From assembly GCA_019721075.1 (NCBI GenBank), contig JAHEAD010000003.1, forward strand, positions 62,001-126,000: DNA of 64,000 nucleotides, in the 5' to 3' direction. This document shows, piece after piece, positions 40,055 through 50,100 of the stretch. The notes under the pieces are model-generated. The model saw nothing but the letters and a program-made list of their open reading frames with translations. It made no database searches and had not been told where the DNA came from. How positions within the stretch are numbered: position 1 is the stretch's first letter; the number at the start of each line of letters is the position of its first letter. The position numbers and the translations under genes were made by a program. This DNA comes from Candidatus Sysuiplasma jiujiangense. GTDB taxonomy: Archaea; Thermoplasmatota; Thermoplasmata; Sysuiplasmatales; Sysuiplasmataceae.

Positions 40055-40660
40055 ATGAAGCTTGAAGTACCGTTCTACAGACAGACAATGGATTTCACAT
40101 GCGGAGCAGCCTGCCTTGTCATGGTACTCTCTTTTTTCGACAGCGGCTTCGTGATGGGAAGGGACTCGGAGATGGATCTCTGGCGGGAGGGAACGAGTGT
40201 TCTTGCACTCGGAATGGGAAGATACGGCATTTCGCTGCCGCTTCTCAGACGGGGTTGCACAGTAAAAATCAGAACAAACGTGAAGGGAATAGAGTTCCTT
40301 GAGAGGATCAGCAGAAGACTGGGACCGCATGAAATGTCGATTTTCAGGGAAATCTACATGGAAAGGAAGGACAGGGCAATCAGGATGGGACTTGTCGAGG
40401 AAGAGACGGATGATTTTGGCGAAAAGGAGATCCTTGAGGCTTTCCATGAAGGAAGGGTTCCTGTACTTCTAACCGATGCTTCAGCGCTCGGTGATGACGA
40501 GGCACCTCACTGGATTGTCATTACAGGCATTGAGGACAGCATGCTGTATTTCAACAATCCACTCGACAGAAAGGAAAGTATGCTGCCACTCTCCGAATTA
40601 AAGCGAATCAACGGTTTCCACGGGGAGAAGATACTCCTGGTAACAGGGCCGCGGAAGTGA
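40055..40660 (+). CDS. Peptidase C39-like protein
   Basis: VPFYRQTMDFTCGAACL (catalytic Cys), LWREGT, APHWIVITG (His), FNNP. Confidence 0.8.
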   Translation: MKLEVPFYRQTMDFTCGAACLVMVLSFFDSGFVMGRDSEMDLWREGTSVLALGMGRYGISLPLLRRGCTVKIRTNVKGIEFLERISRRLGPHEMSIFREIYMERKDRAIRMGLVEEETDDFGEKEILEAFHEGRVPVLLTDASALGDDEAPHWIVITGIEDSMLYFNNPLDRKESMLPLSELKRINGFHGEKILLVTGPRK

Positions 40661-40683
40661 CAGGGCGCAGTCACTTCACGCAG

Positions 40684-40929
40684 TCACTTCATATTCATGA
40701 CAACAACGTCCTTGACTGCCCTCATTTCACTGAATGGCAGGACGAGTCTTCCCTGATCGTCTGTCCGGAAGAGTCTTGGTTCTATTTCCTCCGCAGGTAT
40801 TACAAGAACGTTTTCTATCATACCAGTTGCAGTCTCAATTATGAAATTGTCAATCAGACCGAGAATCTGCCCGTCCTCGGTCATCACAGTCTTACCCTTA
40901 AGTTCGGTTATGAATTTTCTTGAAGGCAT
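40684..40929 (-). CDS. PRC-barrel domain protein (CdpB-like)
   Basis: ELKGKTVMTEDGQILG, TGMIENV, PFSEMRAVKDVVV. Confidence 0.85.
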   Translation of the reverse strand: MPSRKFITELKGKTVMTEDGQILGLIDNFIIETATGMIENVLVIPAEEIEPRLFRTDDQGRLVLPFSEMRAVKDVVVMNMK

Positions 40930-41111
40930 TCCGGCACCATCACTGTCGTTCCGATACCCTGAAGACCATATTTAATCATGTCGAACTGCTCCACGAGCGT
41001 ATCGGAGCAGGCTTTGCATGGCCTCCGGCAGCGTCCTGTCCAGCTCACCGGGAACCGCCGCAGAGAGCGGTAAATTCTTGACCATGCAGATTATGCGTGA
41101 GAGGGACCACT

Positions 41112-41768
41112 ATGCCGAAAACGGTTACCGCAAGACTGGTCGAGTGGAAGGAAATAGTCCAATGGTGTTCGGCCATAGCCGAGAAAGTTATGAACAGCGA
41201 ATTCAGGCCGGATGTAATCGTAGGCATGGCCCGGGGCGGCTGGGTTCCCTCCAGACTCGTGTGTGATGAACTGGTCGTCAAGAATCTCATTTCGGTGAAG
41301 ACGCAGCACTGGGGAATGACAGCAACGAGAGACGGGAAAGCTGTCTTATCCTCCGGAATAAGCGAGAATCTTCAGGGAAAGAGGGTTCTGATAGTCGATG
41401 ATATCACGGATACCGGGGAAAGCATCAGGCTCGCTTTTGAGCATGTGAAGTCACTTGGACCGGAAGAAACAAAATGCGCCGCGATGCTTCACATAAGCCA
41501 TTCGAAATTTGTTCCGGACTATTATGCAGAGGAGGTTAACGCGGCGAACTGGAAATGGTTTGTATTCCCCTGGAATTACAATGAGGATATGGCTGCATTC
41601 ATCACCGGAATACTGTCAGACTCACAAAAAACACTCAGTGAAATATCCGAACTCCTCCGGGCTGACAACGGCATAACATTGTCTGAAAAGCAGCTGCTGA
41701 CTACCCTGGTGCGTTTTTCCAAACTCGGGATAGTGTCCAGGACCGGCGGTCTGTGGCGCAAAAACTGA
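41112..41768 (+). CDS. Purine phosphoribosyltransferase family protein
   Basis: PDVIVGMARGG, PRPP motif VLIVDDITDTGES, WFVFPW and a C-terminal winged-helix-like extension. Confidence 0.88.
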   Translation: MPKTVTARLVEWKEIVQWCSAIAEKVMNSEFRPDVIVGMARGGWVPSRLVCDELVVKNLISVKTQHWGMTATRDGKAVLSSGISENLQGKRVLIVDDITDTGESIRLAFEHVKSLGPEETKCAAMLHISHSKFVPDYYAEEVNAANWKWFVFPWNYNEDMAAFITGILSDSQKTLSEISELLRADNGITLSEKQLLTTLVRFSKLGIVSRTGGLWRKN

Positions 41769-41783
41769 TTCGGCAGGAGCACA

Positions 41784-43025
41784 TTATCTGAAAGCGCCGC
41801 TGAAGATTTCTGCGCTCCTCCTCAGATCTTCCAGAACATCGAGTTTCTTTCCTGACAGAAGTGCCTCCAGGGCACCTCCGCCCGTGCTGACGTATGAGAA
41901 GTGCCCCGTAAAACCGAGACTTGAGACGGCCGATGCCGTATGGCCTCCGCCGACAATGCTGTATTTATCTCCTTCAGTTGCGGCTCTGAAGATTGCACTT
42001 GTGCCCTTCCCGAAGCCCTCCTTCTCGTAAACTCCCGCAGGACCGGAAATGAAAACAGTCCTTGCGGATGAAATAATTCCCGAGTACCGGGAAATGGTCT
42101 CATCACCTATGTCCCATGCCTCCCTGCCCTGAATCCACTGATCGGCTTTCGCATTCACCCTTCTGCCGTCCACATTGAATGCAAGGTCAGTGGGCAGATA
42201 TATCCTGTCCGAGGCTTCAAGCAGTTCGGCTGCCGCGGATACAAAGTCGTCACCCGACTCTGCCAGTATGTAGTCACGCGTTTTTTTGTCTGCTTTTACA
42301 CCCTTTGCGACAAGAAAAGCGACAGAAAGGAGTCCGGAGAGAAGAATACTGTCCGCGTGTCTGCCGGAACTGACGCTGTTCAGCACCGGAAGAAAATCGG
42401 AAAATTTCTTTCCTCCGAAGACGTAAACGGCCGGTCTCTCCGGATTGTCCAGAAGACCGGAAATATGGGAAAGTTCATCCTGCATGAGCCGCCCTATGGA
42501 AGAAGGGAGCGTTCTGGTAAACCCCACCATGGAACAGTGGGCCCTGTGTATTGCTGCAAATGCATCGTTTACGAAATAGTCGAAGAGGGGAGAAAGCACA
42601 GTAACAAGTTCACGCATTGAATGTTCTTCCGCACTTGCATTCTTCTGCTCATAATCCAGCCCTCTGACGTTGTCAAGCACAAGCGCATGTCCCGCTGACA
42701 GACTGTGAATGGCATCCGCAGCAGATTTACCGCAAATATCAGGAACAAAACGGACATCTGCGCCCGCAGCCTCTCCGAGAATCCGGCTGTGCTGCTCGAG
42801 AGATATGAAGTCGTAACCACCTGGTCTTCCCTGATGTGCGATAACGGCTACCGAGGCGCCCTTCTCCAGAAGTTCGCGGAGCGTACGTGAGGCGGCAACT
42901 ATCTTCTCCCTTCCCTCGATCCTGCCCGTTTTCCTGTCCACAGGTGAGTTGAGATCCAGGCGGAGAAGGATCCTTTTACCGCGTGGTGAGAAGGAGTCGA
43001 TAGTTTTTATGCCGTCCAGGAGCAT
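41784..43025 (-). CDS. pgk: Phosphoglycerate kinase
   Basis: RLDLNSP, AHQGRPG, LDNVR, VNDAFAAIHR, GGGHT, STGGGA. Confidence 0.95.
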   Translation of the reverse strand: MLLDGIKTIDSFSPRGKRILLRLDLNSPVDRKTGRIEGREKIVAASRTLRELLEKGASVAVIAHQGRPGGYDFISLEQHSRILGEAAGADVRFVPDICGKSAADAIHSLSAGHALVLDNVRGLDYEQKNASAEEHSMRELVTVLSPLFDYFVNDAFAAIHRAHCSMVGFTRTLPSSIGRLMQDELSHISGLLDNPERPAVYVFGGKKFSDFLPVLNSVSSGRHADSILLSGLLSVAFLVAKGVKADKKTRDYILAESGDDFVSAAAELLEASDRIYLPTDLAFNVDGRRVNAKADQWIQGREAWDIGDETISRYSGIISSARTVFISGPAGVYEKEGFGKGTSAIFRAATEGDKYSIVGGGHTASAVSSLGFTGHFSYVSTGGGALEALLSGKKLDVLEDLRRSAEIFSGAFR

Positions 43026-43034
43026 GCAACCACT

Positions 43035-44051
43035 TCATACAATTCCAAGAGATTTGTCTGTCTTCCTGATGCTTCTTGACGCATCCTTCTCTATCTCCAT
43101 CATGGAACGGATACAGTCTATATTTTCAGGTATTACATCACTCTCCTGGTGGACTGCCTGATAGTAATACAGGCTGTTTCCTTCGACATGAGTGCCGTCC
43201 TCCCAGACTATTGTTTCCGCAAAATCACCCCCGTGCCTGCCCAGATCCCTTGCTATTTCCATTATCTGGCCGCTGGTCTTTATTCCATGCTTGCCGCTGA
43301 CAAACTTTATTCTCGGCATCTGATCCCAGAGTGAAAGGACGTCCGCAGTTGTAACGCCCTGTTTTCTGAGCCTGACATACAGGCAGTGGACATGCATGTT
43401 GGTCGTCGGAACCTTGGCTGCCATAGTGCTTATCTTCAGATCAGGCAGGACCGTCCGGACATCCTGACCGTGATGAGTGGGAACATGGAGCGACGGTTCG
43501 ACAGCGTTAAGTGCGCTTCCCCTGGATTCGGCAGGATCCGCGCCCCGCCTGATTATGGCCGCAAAGGCATCTTCCACCTTGAACATTCTGTCCAGAGGAT
43601 AGAGAGTTCTTATCAGTCCCGTGGTGTTGCATGAGACAACCCTCGAATATTTCCTTCCAAGTGCCATTTCGTAGGAGGCAAATGCATTGAAGGAAAAACC
43701 TGCCACTTCATGTTTCTCACCGCCCTGGAATATCGCCTTGACACCGGCCTCCTCGTACAGTTTCTTGTTTTCACTGCCTACGCCCTCGGGGGTGCAGTCT
43801 ACGATCAGATCGGTTTTTGTCAGAAGATCGTGGATATCGCCCTCGACATCTATGCCCTGTTTCCTGAATTCATCCACATTTGCGCTGTCTGCCACATAAA
43901 GGGGAAAACCTTCCCTGTTAGCAAGCCTTGCCTCGTAGCTCGGCTTTGTCTTCGTAACACCGATGAGTTCCATATCGTCCTGGAGCTTGACAGCCCTGGC
44001 TACTCTCTTCCCGATGGTGCCGAAACCGTTGACTGCAATTCTCGCGGTCAT
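43035..44051 (-). CDS. gap: Archaeal type II glyceraldehyde-3-phosphate dehydrogenase
   Basis: NGFGTIGKRVA, FQGGEKH, RVVSCNTTGL, QAVHQESDVIPENID. Confidence 0.95.
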   Translation of the reverse strand: MTARIAVNGFGTIGKRVARAVKLQDDMELIGVTKTKPSYEARLANREGFPLYVADSANVDEFRKQGIDVEGDIHDLLTKTDLIVDCTPEGVGSENKKLYEEAGVKAIFQGGEKHEVAGFSFNAFASYEMALGRKYSRVVSCNTTGLIRTLYPLDRMFKVEDAFAAIIRRGADPAESRGSALNAVEPSLHVPTHHGQDVRTVLPDLKISTMAAKVPTTNMHVHCLYVRLRKQGVTTADVLSLWDQMPRIKFVSGKHGIKTSGQIMEIARDLGRHGGDFAETIVWEDGTHVEGNSLYYYQAVHQESDVIPENIDCIRSMMEIEKDASRSIRKTDKSLGIV

Positions 44052-44365
44052 AACGTACAACTCAAGCAGACCCGCCGGTCATCTTGACATGAATGCGCCA
44101 TTCCGGCACTATGACACTGTGCCACAATGCAAAACGCCGGACATCTGCATGTTGGTACCTGCTCAGGGATTAAAAAACTTATAGCTTGCCATAATTGAGC
44201 ATGCGTCGCAGAAACTTATGAAGCAGTCATGCAGATAATATCGCCCGCCGTGAGTTCGGTGCCTGGTGACAGTGACTGAGGTGCGGCGCACATTTCCAAA
44301 TTCCGGACAATACCATCAGGCAGGCAGGATGGCGTCTCAGGAGCCGGTTATTTCTGTCAAAACTG

Positions 44366-44373
44366 TTATATAA
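44366..44373 (+). promoter_or_regulatory. Putative TATA box of rpl10e
   Basis: TTATATAA preceded by an A-rich BRE-like stretch, about 40 nt upstream of the ATG at 44415. Confidence 0.5.
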
Positions 44374-44414
44374 TTATCGTATGTAGGCTCACAGGAAGCA
44401 GAGTTGGTGTGTAA

Positions 44415-44924
44415 ATGGCGAGAAAACCGGCCAGAATGTACAGTCGAATACGCGGACAGTCGTACACGCGAAAAGAATACATGGGCGGCGTACCTGCGCC
44501 ACGGATAAATCAGTTTGAGCAGGGCGATCTGCGTTCGAGCTTTCCGGTATCTCTGAGCCTGAATGTAAAGGAAGCCTGCCAGATAAGGCATACGGCACTT
44601 GAGGCCGCAAGGATTTCCGCAAACAGGGCGCTCTCCAAAAAGGCGGGGGCAAACGGCTTCTTCATGAAAGTGAGAGTCTATCCACACAACGTTCTGAGGG
44701 AGAACAAACTTGCAACGGGAGCAGGAGCAGACAGGGTATCCGACGGAATGAGGGCTGCTTTCGGAAAAGCCGTCGGAACGGCAGCAAGGGTAAAGAGAAA
44801 TCAGACGATTATGACCATCAAGGTCGGCAAACAGCACATCGATGCAGCAAAAGAGGCGCTGAACAGGGCTGCCGTCAAACTGCCGAGTCCATGCTACATT
44901 ACAGTCGAAGGAGCTACAGCCTGA
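44415..44924 (+). CDS. rpl10e: 50S ribosomal protein L10e (uL16)
   Basis: [51 protein letters not shown]. Confidence 0.97.
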   Translation: MARKPARMYSRIRGQSYTRKEYMGGVPAPRINQFEQGDLRSSFPVSLSLNVKEACQIRHTALEAARISANRALSKKAGANGFFMKVRVYPHNVLRENKLATGAGADRVSDGMRAAFGKAVGTAARVKRNQTIMTIKVGKQHIDAAKEALNRAAVKLPSPCYITVEGATA

Positions 44925-44956
44925 AGTTCCTGTCAGCTTCAATCACAAATTTCGCC

Positions 44957-45529
44957 TCAGACCTCCAGACAGGTTCCGTCAGGCTGCTGGCCGGCAATAC
45001 TTCTTATAAAATCGTTCGCCTCATTTCTGCTATGAAGGATATATATGGTCTTCCCTCGGGATCTTTCAGAGTGCAGCATTGCTACAGTTTCCCTCCTCCC
45101 TGTTGACGGATAGAACCAGATGAACTGAAGAAATTTGAGGAACTCTCTATTGAATCTTTCTTCACATCCTTCTGTCATATCTTTCCTATCCCTCCAGCCG
45201 GCTGGGAAAAGCCTCCTGAGAGCGCCGGCAATGCATACAATCCGGTTGAAGTCGAGGAAAATCACTGTGTCTGCCGCTTCGAATCTTTCATTCAGCGTTG
45301 ACTGATAGTTGCCATCTATTATCCATGAAGGAGAGGAAATAACCTCCCTGAGTTGTTCCAGGAATTTTTCCCTGTCCACTGGAACCCATCCTGGCTTCCA
45401 GTACAATCTGTCGAGATGGCAGAGCGGTAATCCGGTTATACAGGAAATGGCCGCGGAGAAGGTTGATTTTCCTGCTCCTGGCGATCCTATGACAATAATC
45501 CTTTGACCTGATGCAATGTTCACTTTCAT
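44957..45529 (-). CDS. Adenylate-kinase-like P-loop protein (FlaR / topology modulation family)
   Basis: Start MKVNI. GSPGAGKST, HLDRLYWKPGW, WIIDGNY, ADTVIFLD. Confidence 0.82.
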   Translation of the reverse strand: MKVNIASGQRIIVIGSPGAGKSTFSAAISCITGLPLCHLDRLYWKPGWVPVDREKFLEQLREVISSPSWIIDGNYQSTLNERFEAADTVIFLDFNRIVCIAGALRRLFPAGWRDRKDMTEGCEERFNREFLKFLQFIWFYPSTGRRETVAMLHSERSRGKTIYILHSRNEANDFIRSIAGQQPDGTCLEV

Positions 45530-45707
45530 GGAAAACGGATACTTTTCGAAGCATCGGTATGCAATAAAACCTTTTGTTCCGGCACGGGAACAGGATTGCG
45601 CGGTATGGCAGCGCATGGTCACATGATAAAAGTTGATTTAAGGTGTTTGAGACAGCGAATAAGGTGCTGAAGGCGGGCAGTTACGGTCCGCGGTCTGCGC
45701 AGTCCTT

Positions 45708-46889
45708 TTACCTTATGGTGTCTATGCCGTCGTCCACATTATGGGAAGAGTACCCGGTGGCGTGAACCGCACGGCTCACTTCGGGAACATTCTCCACATT
45801 GTCCTCCTTTGCAAGCATGTACTTGGACCTTGCACCGGTGACTATGAGAAGAACCCTGACAGTGCCGTCGAGTCCGTCGTCAACCGAACATCCCCAGATG
45901 ATCCTTGCATTCCTGCTTATCGTGGAACTTACAATTTCCGCAGCCTTTTCAGCCTCGGAAATTGTGAGGTCATGACCGCCCGTAACCCTTATCAGGCATC
46001 CAGCCGATTCTGACAGGTTTATCTCGCCGAGCAGAGGGGAATTGAGCGCTTCACTGACTGCCTCCTCTATTCTCTTGTCGTCCGAAGTACTCTCTCCTAT
46101 GCCGACGAACGCCACCCCGCCTTCATTCATCACCGTCATTATGTCGGCATAATCCAGATTCACCAGCCCGGGCTTGGTGACAATCTCGGTCAGGCCCTTA
46201 AGCGTCTGCATCAGGACTTCGTCCGCGACCTTGAAGGCAGCTTCAATCGGCAATTTCGGAACTAGGTCGAGCAGTTTGTCATTCGGTATGACTATCGTTG
46301 TGTCGCAGATGCGTCTGAGTTTCTCAAGACCGGCCATGGCATTCTCCATTCTCAGATCGCCCTCTGCCTTGAACGGCAGAGTTACGACGCCTATCGTAAG
46401 TGCCTTCATCTCTTTGGCGAGTCTGGCCACGTAATGCGCCGAGCCCGTTCCTGTTCCTCCGCCCATCCCGGCGGTAATGAAGACTATCTGTCCTCCCTGA
46501 AGAAAGGATCTGATGTCAGGATCTGCTTCCCTTGCTGCCTCTTCCCCGACTTCCGGAATAGCTCCCGCACCGAGCCCCTGCGTGAGGCGCTTTCCTATCA
46601 GTATCTTCCTTGGCGAATGGACAGAGAGCAGATGTTTTGCATCTGTGTTCACTGCACACATCTGGGCGCCCTGTATTTGAGAGTCGTAGCAGCGGGTGAT
46701 TGTATTCGTGCCGCCCCCGCCGCAGCCTATGATCTTTATACATACGTCCAGAGCGGAGGCTATTTTGGCCAGCTCTTCGTCGTCCTTGCTCACAGGAGGT
46801 GTATCCGTCGCAGACTGAGAATACGCCACCTTTTCTACGGGTACGGAAAATTCCGAACCCAGTGCATTCTTTACTAGAGAATTCGGCAT
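45708..46889 (-). CDS. ftsZ: Cell division protein FtsZ
   Basis: IGCGGGGTN, NTDAKHL, tubulin signature GMGGGTGTG, T7 loop NLDYAD. Confidence 0.96.
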   Translation of the reverse strand: MPNSLVKNALGSEFSVPVEKVAYSQSATDTPPVSKDDEELAKIASALDVCIKIIGCGGGGTNTITRCYDSQIQGAQMCAVNTDAKHLLSVHSPRKILIGKRLTQGLGAGAIPEVGEEAAREADPDIRSFLQGGQIVFITAGMGGGTGTGSAHYVARLAKEMKALTIGVVTLPFKAEGDLRMENAMAGLEKLRRICDTTIVIPNDKLLDLVPKLPIEAAFKVADEVLMQTLKGLTEIVTKPGLVNLDYADIMTVMNEGGVAFVGIGESTSDDKRIEEAVSEALNSPLLGEINLSESAGCLIRVTGGHDLTISEAEKAAEIVSSTISRNARIIWGCSVDDGLDGTVRVLLIVTGARSKYMLAKEDNVENVPEVSRAVHATGYSSHNVDDGIDTIR

Positions 46890-47127
46890 AAGTGCATCCC
46901 TTGGCACTCCTTATAGACAGCTGGTATTATAAATTTTTCTACACTGTCTAACCAAAAGAGGGGTTTTGTACGCCAATTGTCAGACGAACAGAATATGTAA
47001 TTTGCTGCAAATCGGCAAAAACAGAAGACACGGCAGCACATTCGGCCGCACGGATTCCGGAAGTCCCGGGAAGGTGTAAGTTTTAGGCGGGAGCGAAAAC
47101 CGCTGATCTGTCCGTTTCCATGAACAT

Positions 47128-50100
47128 CTACGGACGCGGAGGATGTCTTCCTCTTCGTGATTTCTCGAAGAATAAACCGATCAGGACGCCGGCAATGAAT
47201 GTAAGGGCCGCTATGACGCCAGCCAGGGGAGAGACAGCTGTCAGATTTGAGGCGGCAGTCTGAGAGGGTGTCGAAACAATTACGAATGCAACGGAAGAGG
47301 TGGCATTTGAACCGTCGGAACTTTTCACCGTATATAGAAGATGATATGTTCCGCTGGAAAGTTTTCCCACGGTCAGGGAATATTTACCTGTTACATTGAA
47401 AAGCAGTTTCCCCGAAGGGCCTGTGATCTGCAGTGTTTCGCCGCTCAGATATTCGCCTGAAAAGGACAGGCCCACTGTCACCGAACCCGTTGAGTTGAAG
47501 CGTTCCCCCTCTGACGGCGAGGTTATATGAGCGGAAGGAACCGGATGCGGTGCGGCGTAAAGCGTTATGGACCGCTGCGAAGATGCGCCGTTGTAGTTTA
47601 CAGCTGTGAGTGTGATGGACAGAGGGCCATAACCGAACGAACTTGCATTGAAGGTGAATGCCCGCAAACCCATGACATCGTATGTGAACTGGTTTACTGC
47701 AAGCAGTTCAGACAGAAGATAATGTGACTGCGTAACGCTGAAATCGATGGTCGTCTGTCCGCTCACATAGGAACCTGAAGAGGGGGAAACAAAGCTGACG
47801 CCGGGTGCCGGATCCGTGCCATTGCCTATTACATAAAAGACGCCATAGACAGAATAACTGAATCCGAAGGAGTCATTGAAGTCTACAGTCAGGTTGTGTT
47901 CTCCGGCAGGAAGGCCGTCCAGCGGGAAGGACCAGTAGAAGGACTCCTGCCCTGTGGCAGGCAGGGGCACGGAGACCTGAGACCGGTTGTCAATCCGGTA
48001 GGAGAGGTTTGTTATGTTGTTATATCTCATAAACGGCGAAACCACAGGCGTTGAGACGTAAAGCGCGCCCAACGCATTTTTTGTGCCTATGTAAGAGGTG
48101 GACAGTACTGCGCCGGAACTGAGACGTATTCCCGTGAGAACGGCACCGGTAACACCCTGAACAAGCAGAAGTGCAGCGTTGCTGTCGTTTGTCAGGAACG
48201 GAATGGAGCCCGCAGCAGTTGTTACATACTCCGAAGAGTAGCTGCTGTTAAAGGCCTGTATGAGGAGTATGCCGTAAGGCTGGGCAAGCGACGAAATCTG
48301 GTAGTTTACAGTCAGTTCTGCGATGCCGAACGCATCCGTTGTTGTCTGTGTGCCTGCTATCGATACAGGAGAAAACGGCGGCGAAACGAGATTTGGCACC
48401 GCAATATCCACATGGACGAATGCAGCCGCCGTCCCGTTCCAGTATGTCACCCGGACAAAGAGCGGATAACTTACTCCCGGGGATGCGACAGACGGAGCCA
48501 TCATAGTGCTGTTGGCACCGCTTCCGACATACCCTTTCAATCCACCGTAAAGTGTGGAATACATCGAGGAGAATGCATTCAGCGTCTGAATATCAAAATG
48601 GGGTGTGACAGTCAGCACAGTACTGTTTGAAAGGCCCAGATAGGATGCCGAAACAGTGTAATTCTCATTCGACAGGACATTCCAGGTTTCCACATAGGCT
48701 ATACCTGAGATGTTGGTGAAACTCAGTGATCTCTTCTGCGTGTAATTGAGCGCTCCGTATGAGGTGTAGTTGGCATTTGCATAAAAGGGAGGGGAGGAAA
48801 CAGGATCATAGGGTGATGAAGCTGTGACAAGCGCATTGTATACCGGCAGGTCGGGGGAGGACGGCCCCGCCCGGTACATGACCCTGACGGCAACAGTGTT
48901 TGGCATCAGACTGCCGAGAGCAGGGGAGGCACTGTCCATAAAACCGTTGAAAAAGTCGAAGCCGCCCATCACTGAACTTTCCCCGACGACGGAGACTGTC
49001 AGCTGGCCGGAAGTGAGATTTGGACGTGATATCCATAAGAACTGAAAACCGCTTCCAATTCCGGTTGCGTTGCTATACAGCGAAAGATAGCCATGTTTCG
49101 ATGTCGCGTTGAAGCTGAAGTTCCCCCTGACACCTGTTGTGACAAGGGACGACTCGGTGATACCCCCCGACCCCGTGAAGGTGAGGTTGACCGTCGCACC
49201 GGCCACTGTGGATCCGGTTGTCGTGTTTATCAGTGTCAGATTATAATTTCTTCCTCCCTGAAGCACCGTAAGCGGCTGACCGTTCAATTCGGCAGCAAGC
49301 CTGTCAGACGTTGACTTGCTGTTCAGCAGGAGTTCGGCATCGAATGCGAGATTCGACGCTTCCGGAACACCCCAGCCGTCAAGCGGGTTCCAGTTTTTTC
49401 CTGCACCCTGGAAGTCTGAAGTCCAGTTCTGACCGCCCGGCCAGCCGAAATTCTTCGAAATGGCATACTGATCCCATAAGTTGCCGGCCGGCCCGATCTG
49501 CGTGTATGGTGCATACGGCAGATACGGATCGTTTCCAATACGGTATAGAAGCGGTTGGGCAAGGCCGAGATAGAAGCCCGTTCTCCCTGTGGTCGGTCCA
49601 ATCGTCATATTGAGGTATGTGTCAAGAAGCGCAATTTCGCCTGCCACCGTAGGGGAGGCAAAACTGGTACCTCCCCAGAAGAAATTCCATGCGCCGTCAA
49701 AATAGACAGTTTCATTGAAGTTTGCTTCTGCGGAAATGTCAGGCACCATTCTTCTACCGCTGTCCGGGACACCGATTCCATGCTGCCACCAGGGCTGCAG
49801 GAACCAGTAGCTCAGGCCCGTACCTCCTGATGCATAATCAGGCTGTCCTGAAGAGGAGGGCGTGTACCAGTATGATTCGGATATGGCATTTCCCGCAGAG
49901 GAACCGTTGAGCGGATAGTCAGGAAACCAGACGGGGTAGGAATTAATTTCACTGTAGCCGTAAGGCGCAACGGTCTGGTTGACGACATATTGCGGACTGG
50001 CAGGGAACTGAATTCCTGTCATGTTTCCGACGGCAGTGCCGACTCCGCCGACAGCCACAACATAAGGGGAAGATGCCGGAAATGATACAGAGAGAAGTCC

